Source of the DNA: Balanoglossus misakiensis
Lineage: Eukaryota; Animalia; Hemichordata
Assembly: GCA_040954595.2 (NCBI GenBank)
Contig: CM082595.2
Coordinates: 8,104,317 to 8,168,316 of the forward strand
Length of the DNA: 64,000 nucleotides
Direction of reading: 5' to 3'
Of this stretch, positions 40,480 through 50,791 are shown piece after piece. Below the pieces are notes generated by a model. It was not told the DNA's origin and did no database searches. It saw only the letters and a list, made by a program, of their open reading frames with translations. Every line of letters starts with the position of its first letter. The stretch's first letter is position 1. Made by a program: the position numbers and the translations under genes.

Positions 40480-41790
40480 TTTAGCAATATCAAGTCCAAG
40501 TACGATAGGCATACATGTACATGTATGAATTTGCACAGACATAAACAAATACACGGACACCCCAACATCCACCGTGTACAACCAAATAAGGCTTCAGACC
40601 TGATCCTGAATGACCAAACATTTTCCCATTTACGTTGCAATGTACTCAGCCAAATCTGAGTAAAATTTCACTTCAAAATCATTTCCACCAGTTAGCAATA
40701 TCAAGTCCAAGTACGATAGGCATACATGTATGAATTTGCACAGACATAAACAAATACACGGACACCCCAACATCCACCGTGTACAACCAAATAAGGCTTC
40801 AGACCTGACCCTGAATGAACCGACATTTTCCCATTTACGTTGCAATGTACTCAGCCAAATCTTAGTAAAATTTCACTTCAAAATCATTTCCACCAGTTAG
40901 CAATATCAAGTCCAAGTATGATAGGCATACATGTATGAATTTGAACAGACATAAACAAATACACGGACACCCCAACATCCACCGTGTACAACCAAATAAG
41001 GCTTCAGACCTGATCCTGAATGACCAAACATTTTCCCATTTACGTTGCAATGTACTCAGCCAAATCTGAGTAAAATTTCACTTCAAAATCATTTCCACCA
41101 GTTAGCAATATCAAGTCCAAGTACGATAGGCATACATGTATGAATTTGAACAGACATAAACAAATACACGGACACCCCAACATCCACCGTGTACAACCAA
41201 ATAAGGCTTCAGACCTGACCCTGAATGACCCGACATTTTCCCATTTATGTTGCAATGTACTCAGCCAAATCTGAATAAAATTTCACTTCAAAATCATTTC
41301 CACCAGTAGGCAATATCAACTCCAAGTACGGTAGGCATACATGTATGAAATTGCACAGACATAAACAAATACACGGACACCCCAACATCCACCGTGTACA
41401 ACCAAATAAGGCTTCATACCTGACCCTGAATGACCCGACATTTTCCCATTTATGTTGCAATGTACTCAGCCAAATCTGAATAAAATTTCACTACAAAACC
41501 ATTTCCACCAGTTAGCAATATCAAGTCCAAGTACAATGAGAGGCATACATGTATGAATTTGCACAGACATACACAAATACACGGACACCCCAACATCCAC
41601 CGTGTACAACCAAATAAGGCTTCATACCTGACCCTGAATGACCCAACATTTTCCCATTTACGTTGCAATGTACTCAGCCAAATCTGAATAAAATTTCACT
41701 TCAAAACCATTTCCACCAGTTAGCAATATCAAGTCCAAGTACAATGAGAGGCATACATGTATGAATTTGCACAGACACAGACACGGACAA
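40480..41790. repeat. ~205-bp tandem repeat (~6.3 copies) upstream of the RepHel ORF, probably in a 5' intron
   Basis: The unit TTAGCAATATCAAGTCCAAGTACG...CACGGACACCCCAACATCCACCGTGTACAACC recurs, with ORF echoes at 205-bp offsets (41040/41245/41450). Confidence 0.93.
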
Positions 41791-43133
41791 ATACACACAC
41801 AATATTCACTCACACCGCATTTCCCTCCTGAAGAACCTGACAAGGCTTGAATCCTGACCCCTGTATGACCTTACATCCTGGCATTTTCATTATGTACTCA
41901 TACAAATCACAAACGATTGTTTTAGACCTGATTTACACTTAGTAATTTAATATACAAGTTCAATAACAAGGCAGGGATATCAAGAAACATACATCATACC
42001 AATGTTTTATTGAAGCCACTGTTGTAAGTAATGGCACTATCCAATGGTCTTAACACCACATAGCACAATGATTGTTCTTCACATACAAGTCCCTTCCTTT
42101 CTGATGTATTCAATAAACACCATTTCTATGAACTATTACAATATGTTTTTCTTCCGTCACCCCTGAATAACAAATTCAAAGAAATGGGCTAGTGCTTTTA
42201 CATGTTTACAGACGGTGCATGGAAGTGGACAATCATCCTATCTGATATTAAACCACAGTGTGACTGATAGTAGAACTAAGCAATTCCTCCGCAAATGATT
42301 TAAAAGGCTAATTCACATTTGACACAATGCACACCTGAGTTTGTTAATATATGATACTATGCACTGTTGTGCACCAACACTCACCTTGAAAACTCTTTGG
42401 TAGCCAAAATCTGTCAAGAAAATAAAAAAACCTGTTTAATTAACTAATTAACTATAAATTTATATTTAAACTAATACATGAAAATATACAATTGCCTACA
42501 AACAGGATCACAATTAACAATGAATTCACTGCCAAGCTTGTGATATTCAGAAATTCATGTCTTGATCACAGTTTCCATACAAATGGCACATACAGGTTAC
42601 CACAGATTGATAACACAACATAGTTTCATGGCATCAAAATATGTTAACAAGTCAACTGTTCTTTTCATGCTCCTGCCAGATTCCATTGTCTACGTTTTGG
42701 CACACCTGTCACCACCAGAAAGCATACACACTAAAGACAGTGGTCACCAAAAATATTTGGCCATTTCTCCGCTTGTCCCCACATTTTTACAAACAACTAA
42801 AACGTCAAATAATCCAGCAATGTTTCTGTTTTGTACTCACACAGATCGTTCAATATTTGAAGCAAAACTCCTTTCAATTATCAAAAAACAAATCGATTTA
42901 ACTGATAAAAATTACAATGATAACCCCTGGGCTTTTGATCACATAAACATACAATATTCACAGAAATAAATGCAGTATTTACGTATTTGGAAAAGCCAAT
43001 CCATAAATACCGCACAGTTTATTTTTTTTTTACAAATACACATCCCAGAAATAATACTTTACCAACGCTTGTACGTAACATACGCATGACACACCGATCG
43101 CCCGAATTCAACACTTCCGGTCACGAGATTCGC

Positions 43134-43723
43134 TAGCTCTGGACTTATGCGCTGTTTGGGTCTACGCTGCTCTCCGTCCCCCACAGCTATGGAGCCATGC
43201 GTAGGAAATCCTGTTGGGTTGCGGAGCAAAATGATTCGCACCGATTTTCAAACAATAAACTACATGAACATGTACATAATGTTGTCAGAAATAAAGATCG
43301 AACGAAAATTTCACAAATGGGAACCTACTTGACGTGTTTGTCGCCGAATCGTAAACGTCGTTAACGAAGCGCCGTAAAACTGGTGACCCTCCCATACAAA
43401 CATGGACGTTCACCTTCATTTAAGTCATGTGATCAACACGTGTTTTACTCGGCGTGTTTGTATGGGAGGGTCACCAGTTTTACGGCGCTGCGTTAACGAC
43501 GTTTACGATTCGGCGACAAACACGTCAAGTAGGTTCCCATTTGTGAAATTTTCGTTCGATCTTTATTTCTGACAACATTATGTACATGTTCATGTAGTTT
43601 ATTGTTTGAAAATCGGTGCGAATCATTTTGCTCCGCAACCCAACAGGATTTCCTACGCATGGCTCCATAGCTGTGGGGGACGGAGAGCAGCGTAGACCCA
43701 AACAGCGCATAAGTCCAGAGCTA
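43134..43723. mobile_element. 590-bp foldback MITE with ~269-bp TIRs and 9-bp TSD (AcademH- or MULE-like)
   Basis: 43134-43402 is the near-perfect reverse complement of 43455-43723, giving identical 61-aa ORFs on opposite strands. Ends are TAG...CTA. TSD GAGATTCGC at 43125-43133 and 43724-43732. Confidence 0.93.
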
Positions 43724-45843
43724 GAGATTCGCTTGCCTAAACCCTTTCCAGTCTAAATAATCATTTGTACATTGACTGCAAAAAGAAGCTTATCTCGTAA
43801 TTTCAACTTGAATGGAACGCACTAGAAACTCTGATTTACCCAGCCTCTAATTGTTCTATTTAATCCAGCAAACTCCACCATCTCAACATATATAACATTT
43901 GCCAAAACATGCATGCTTACGGTACCATGGATTCTTTACATACAGTAAGCAATCTCAACACGTTACGATAGCCGCCATATTGGAATTCGCTCGAGACGAA
44001 AATACAAAACATCTTACAAAACTGCCATCGTCTCACAAACAAACAAAATCACACTACCATTGGTTAAACAACAACTTCATAACAAACATCACCAAGTATT
44101 ATACGTTCAAACCACCGATTCTCTCCTTCGTACCACATTTAAAAACTGCATGTAATTGTATACGTGTTACTCACCGGATTCAGGTCAACGCCTCTGCTGG
44201 AGTCAGATTCGTTTTCGGATTCAAGTGCGTAGGATGAAGTTGCTTTCAGATTCATACCCCATAGACGTGTTGGGTTAACACTCCGTTTATACAGGTCAAT
44301 ATATTGGTATATCTATACTACATCCTCTTCACAGTTAACGGATGTAATATACAGATCTGTTCACTTAAATAAAAATATGTTTATAGCCAAACAAATACCT
44401 TTGTCAAAACTTTCACTGATTTAGATGAAAATTTTCAACTATTTACAACCAATCCACACATCACTTGTGACTAATTAACCAATCACATAATGTGTCCATT
44501 CTAACTTTGTATTTCGCCCTCAACTACTGCATGTGTAATGATGCATGTGGATTAGTGTGTAATCATAATATTTTGTAGTCTACCTTCTGCCCATCATTTT
44601 TGTAATTGGATATTATGCTGTCCATGTTCCAGTTTTTTTGCCACAATTTTTACTAAGTTTGCCAAGAACATTGTGATTGGTCGAAGATTATGGCGGCCAT
44701 ATTGGATTTTCGAAAAACCATAGTAAAACTCCAACAATCTTCTCCAGAACTGGCAATAACTGAGTTGCAAGATTCGGGGAGTATGGTCATTACACTGATG
44801 TCTGTCAGGTTTGCAAAGAGCATTGTGATTGGTCGAAAAATATGGCCGCCATATTGGATTTTGTAAAAAGCAGTGAAAAATTGAAATTCCTTTTTCTAGT
44901 CTAAACATTGATAGCATGCAAATTCTTTTTACGGATATCAATCGTCATATGACTAAAATATGTTACAAATTTTTGGGGATTTTTCACCTGACCTTTGACC
45001 TACTTTTCACACATTATTATTTCTGCATATCTATTTCCAGGCTAACCTATAGGGATGCATATATAGCTCATTCTACCTGTTCTAAATGTACCAGAGTTCT
45101 GATTTTTGTGCACATTGGTATCACCCCTGCCAGGACATACCCCAAATATTTTGGTAATTTTGGCAATGACCTTTGACCTACTTTTGACACATCGTTTTTT
45201 TCTGCATATCTAATTCCAGGTTAACCTATAGGGCTATCATTTTGGTTTTTGATGTATGTGGATTTGTATGTGATCAAAAAATTTTGCTACTTTTCATGAC
45301 CCCTTTGACCTCTGCTGACCTCATTAAATATGCACATACCTAATTACAGATGAACCAATAGACCTAGAGGTTTTGTTTTTGTTATACATGGACCAGTATA
45401 GGGTCAAAATATTTTGCCCAAATGTTGGGTGACCTCGGGTGACCTTTCACCTACTTTTGCATATCTCGACATCCACAGTAGATACAGCCTTGGTGTTTGG
45501 AGGCATAGGGCCATAATTAAAAGCCAAAGTTTTGAGTCACCTGTGACACCTGCTTAACTCATTATTTATGTGCATACCTAATTCCGGGCTAACCAAAAGG
45601 ACTAGAGGTCTGGCTTTTGTTGGACATGGACCACTATGGGTCAAAATGTTCTGCCAAAATTGTGGGTGACCCCTGGGTGACCTTTGACCTACTTAACACT
45701 ATATCAGCACCAAACAGATATAACCTTGATATTTCATGGGATAAAACACAGCATTATGTTTCTACTCATTAATTATGTGCATATCTAATAATCAGATCAG
45801 ATAATAGAGCTTGGGCCCGGACAATGCTGCTTGCAGCTTTAAT

Positions 45844-48800
45844 CTTCTACTTCTTCTTTTTCTTCTTCTGTCGTTTCTTTGGAGAGGTAGATCTGGAAAA
45901 CTGCTAAACCTACCAATTTCAAACTTGGCACAATGGTGCAGGCCAATGAGAGCTAGTGCAGTACCCTTGTGAATGTTTAATTAGTCACGTGACCTGATGA
46001 CCATATATGGGCAAAATTTTCAAATCGACCTTATTTGCATATGAATGGAGATATCAAAATTCTTTTAGCAACTTTTGCGGACCATGTGGTCAGTGTCCTA
46101 CATGCTAAATGTCAAGGACATTGGCCATGCCAATTTTGAGAAGAAGATTTTTAAGTATTATTTTTCATATTTTTTGACCAAGCCATGGGCCTATACTTTC
46201 CATAGTGAAGCTAAGACCACATATTATTTTGGATAAATATGCATACATATCTCAAAATCTGTTTGGCCAATCATCTCCAACTTTGGTGTGCAGCTAGCCT
46301 AGTATTTGTCAATAATTTTAAGCGAAAAAAAATAGTATGAAAAATCGACCGATTTTTTTATATTAATTTTCTTATGAAATTTATACCTTTAATTATACCT
46401 CTATGGTTAAGCTATGTCCATGTCTTATTGTGGAATTCTGGTCTGTGCAATAGTCCTGTACAGTGACTGTCTTGTGGTCAGTGAGCACAATGGCACCAAA
46501 ATAGAAGGCACAATTTTAGGCTCACCTGTAACACCTGCTTAACTCATTAATTATGTGCATACCTAATTCTGGGCTAACTAAGAGGGCTAGAGGTTTCGTT
46601 CTTGTGGGACATGGACTAGTATAGGGTCAAAATTTCTTGCCAAAATTTTGGGTGACCTCAGGTGACCTTTGACCTACTTTCCTATATCTCGGCATCCAGA
46701 GCTGATACAGACTTGGCGTTTGGAGGGTTGGGACTAAAATTGAAAAGCCAAAATGGGGGTCACCTGTGACACCTGCATATCTCATTAATTATGTGCATAC
46801 CTAATTCCAGGCTAACCAATAGGGCTATAGGTTTGGTTTTTGTTGAACATGGACCAGTATAGGGTCAAAATTTCTTGCCCAAATTTTGTATGACCTCAGG
46901 TGACCTTTGACCTACTTTACCATATCTTGGCATCCAGAGCAGGTACAGACTTGGCGTTTGGAGGGTTGGGACTAAAATTGTAAAGGCAACACTGGGGGTC
47001 ACCTGTGACACCTGCCTACCTCATTAATTATGTGCATACCTAATTCCAGGCTAACCAATAGGGCTATAGGTTTGGTTTTTGTTGAACATGGACCAGTATA
47101 GGGTCAAAATTTCTTGCCCAAATTTCGCATGACCTCAGGTGACCTTTGACCTACTTTACCATATCTTGGCATCCAGAGCAGGTACAGACTTGTCGTTTGG
47201 AGGGTTGGGATTAAAATTGAAAAGCCAAATTGGCGCTCACCTGTGACACTTGCATATCTCATTAATTATGTGCATACCTAATTCCAGTCTAACCAATAGA
47301 GCTATAGGTTTGGTTTTTGTTGAACATGGACCAGTATAGGGTCAAAATTTCTTGCCCAAATTTTGCATGACCTCAGGTGACCTTTGACCTACTATCATAT
47401 ATCTCGGAATCCAGAGCAAGTACATACTTGGCGTTTGGAGGGTTGGGACTGAAAGTGAAATGCCAAAATTGGGGGTCACCTGTGGCACCTGCATATCTCA
47501 TTAATTATGTGCATACCTAATTCCAGGCTAACCAATAGGGCTATAGGTTTGGTTTAAGTTGAACATGGACCAGTATAGGGTAAAAATTTCTTTCCCAAAT
47601 TTAACATGACCTCAGGTGACCTTTGACCTACTTTACCATATCTTGGCATCCAGAGCAGATATGCCTGTTCCTATGTTGCTATGTGCTATGTTGGCTTGTG
47701 CCCGCTATTGCTGCTTGGCAGCTATATTTCTTCTTCTTCTTCTTCTGTCGTTTTTTTGGCGAGCTAGATCTGGAAAACGGCTAAACCTACCAATTTAAAA
47801 CTTGGCACAATGGTGCAGGCCAATGAGAGCTAGTGCAGTACCCTCGTGAATGTTTAATTAGTCACGTGACCTAATGACCATATATGGGCAAAATTTTCAA
47901 ATTGGCCTTATTTCCATATGAATGGAGATATCAAAATTCTGTTAGGATACTTTGTGGGCCATATGGCCAGGGTTCTACATGCCAAATGTCAAGGCCATAG
48001 GCCATGCCAATTTTGAGAAGAAGATTTTTAAGTATTATTTTTCATATTTTTTTTACCAAGCCATGGGCCTATACTTTCCATAGTAAAGCTATGACCACAT
48101 ATTATTTTGGATAAATATGCATACATATCTCAAAATCTGTTTGGCCAATCATCTCCAACTTTGGTGTGGAGCTAGGCTAGCATTTGTCAATAATTTTAAG
48201 CGAAAAAAATAGTATGAAAAATCTACCGATTTTTTTTATATTAATTTTTTAATGAATTTATACCTTTAATTATACCTCTATGGTTAAGCTATGTCCATGT
48301 CTTATTGTGGAATTCTGGTCTGTGCAATAGTCCTGTACAGTGACTGTCTATTGGTCAGTGAGCACAATGGCACCAAAATAAAAGGCACAATTTTAGGCTC
48401 ACCTGTAACACCTGCTTAACTCATTAATTATGCGCAAACCTAATTATGGGCTAACTAAGAGGGCTAGATGTTTCGTTCTTGTGGGACATGGACCAGTATA
48501 GGGTCAAAATTTCATGCCCAAATTTTGGGTGACCTCAGGTGAACTTTGACCTACTTTCCTATATCTCGGCATCCAGAGCAGGTACAGACTTGGCGTTTGG
48601 AGGGTTGGGACTTAAGTTGAAAAGCCAAAATGGGGGTCACCTGTGACACCTGCATATCTCATTAATTATGTGCATACCTAATTCCAGGCTAACCAATAGG
48701 GCTATAGGTTTAGTTTTTGTTGAACATGGACCAGTATAGGGTCAAAATTTCTTGCCCAAATTTTGCATGACCTCAGGTGACCTTTGACCTACTTTACCAG

Positions 48801-49128
48801 ATCTTGGCATCCAGAGCAGGTACAGACTTGGTGTTTGGAGGGTTGGGACTAAAATTGAAAAGGCAAAATTGGGGGTCAACTGTGACACCTGCCTACCTCA
48901 TTAATTATGTGCATACCTAATTCCAGGCTAACCAATAGGGCTATAGGTTTGGTTTTTGTTGAACATGGACCAGTATAGGGTCAAAATTTCTTGCCCAAAT
49001 TTTGCACGAACTCAGGTGACCTTTGACCTACTTTACCATATCTTGGCATCCAGAGCAGATATGCTTATAGCTGTGTTGCTATGTGCTATGTTGGCTTGGG
49101 CCCGCTATTGCTGCTTGCAGCTATATTT
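45844..49128 (+). mobile_element. Two subfamily I non-autonomous Helentron bodies lacking their own left hairpins (45844-47728, 47729-49128)
   Basis: Same body and 238-bp repeats as 1809-23884, with right ends at 47694-47728 and 49094-49127. Confidence 0.87.
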
Positions 49129-49996
49129 ATGATTTTGTGTTCTATGGCACTACAGCTTGAACGACGCCACCTATGGGCAGTATTTCCGTGGCAGCCTATG
49201 AAGCTCATGAATATTTAATTAGACACAGTAATGGCGTTCGCGATCGAACACAGCTGTCGATGCACAGCATAATTCGGTGAGTAATATTGCTTTATTCCAA
49301 GTTTTGTTTAGTAAAATTAGCAAGATGTCAGAGACAATATGAAATAAAGTTGCGATTCTGCTGTGTTATTTATGTGTATCAGCCAAATAACTTGAACATT
49401 TTGATCACCCGCTGACAGTCCCTGGCCGTTGCTATGGCAGAAGCCGTCCTAAGCAACCATAAACAAACACTAAAAATTACAACGATTCAGCTTCACAGAA
49501 TTGTTTTTTTCAATTTGAAAACCATACGAATTTAGTCTTTTATACGTAAACATAGGATTCAATGTTTAAAATGCTGCTACAAGCAATATGACGAAATCAT
49601 ACCAAGCGAAAATATACGACCCTGTGTGTTCCTTGGCAGCAGCACGGGTTACATTGATTGTAATGGCGGCGCTTCGAATTTTCGGCGACATGGTGATATT
49701 GTTCATAGAATTGACAGAAAATAAGACCGTAACTGAAAAATCAGAAACCAATAGTTTGTGCTAAAATATATTCTTGATATAATTCGCTGGAAATTCGAGG
49801 GTGAAAACGAAATAAGAAAAAAATGAACGGGCGAGATTGTTATGGTAAGGTTACCCACATTCTTTCTATGTCACCTTTGACCTCAATTTCTGGAGGAAGT
49901 ATAATGAGCAGGTGTTTTGTTTTTGCTTCCCTCGGATAGATAATTATTGTAAAGATATTTCTCTTGTTCACCCTTTTCAGGTATAGATTTAGAGCC

Positions 49997-50440
49997 ATGT
50001 GGGGCAAACTATTCAACAGGAGTAGCGCACTTCTTAAAAGTTTGTCTATTGTTATGCCGAATAGAAAAGGGAAAAGTTACTTCAACATAGGCCAGTGGGC
50101 AAAGGACCAAAAGATAGCGAGACAGGTAGCTGAAGAGAAGTGTTTGCAACAACTATATCAGGAGAAATTGAAGACTAGATCTTTGTCTGGGAGCGTGGCC
50201 AACAACCTATTGGTAGTTAGAACAAAGAGAGGACAGACTAAACACAGGTTTAACTTAGGAGAGTGGTGTAGACAGAGAAAGAGAAAGAGAGATGAGGAAG
50301 AAAGCATAATTCAGGATAAGTTGAATAAGTTGAGTGCAGCTAGGAGACTAGTAAAAAGATCCTCAACCCAGCTAGCTAGACTAGAGAAGAAGAACAGTAA
50401 GATTTGTGAGATCTTAGCTACAAAGAATAATAAGAGAAAG
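49997..50440 (+). CDS. Transposase exon 1 (basic N-terminal region, 148 aa)
   Basis: GCCATG follows the acceptor cccttttcag (49980). The exon ends at donor AAG|GTAAGC (50441, phase 0) and splices in frame to taatctttcag|ATT at 50792. Confidence 0.7.
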
Positions 50441-50791
50441 GTAAGCTAGATCAGATAAATAGACTTAGTAATAATTTTAAAAATCTCAGATTTGTATAAA
50501 TCCTCTTCAAATTTTAGCCCAAATTCGCTTTTTGAACTTCATGTCACATGATCCTGTGTAAACAATGATAACAAAATGGGTTCAGCTTTGATGCAAAACA
50601 TCTAGGTTTTCCAACAAACTATATCTATTTTTTAGGATTTTTATTGCAGAAGTTGTCAGAAAAATACAGGCTACACGTGTGTATTTCTTATCAAGGACAT
50701 TTAAATTAATGATTAACTTGTAAGAAGATTTTATTTTATATATTGATTATATTCTAATTAGTATATATTTATCACACACTTAATCTTTCAG

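Larger units (their letters stand above)
25510..45843. mobile_element. Autonomous Helentron/Helitron2 (~20.3 kb body; its left hairpin is probably the one at 23990)
   Basis: It begins with the subfamily II body, contains the intact RepHel ORF and ends with GCTTGGGCCCGGACAATGCTGCTTGCAGCTTTAAT. No other terminal motif is seen in between. Confidence 0.85.
1..49128 (+). mobile_element. Nested/tandem cluster of Helentron (Helitron2) elements: ~17 non-autonomous units plus one autonomous copy; starts upstream of the window
   Basis: There are 18 copies of a right-end motif GCTTG(G/T)GCCC-N5-8-GCTGCT(T/C)GCAGCT(A/T)TA(T/A)T, ending near 107, 1808, 3208, 4994, 6630, 7800, 9685, 11865, 13725, 15181, 18439, 20183, 21837, 23884, 25509, 45843, 47728 and 49127. 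There are 14 left-end hairpins TAGGGC(C/A)CAAGC...GCTTG(G/T)GCCCTA. An asymmetric subterminal IR, terminal hairpins, T-rich junctions and no TSD fit Helitron2/Helentron structure. Confidence 0.9.

Noticed and set aside
43147-43710. Pair of identical 61-aa genes on opposite strands
   Set aside because: A consequence of the MITE's inverted repeats.
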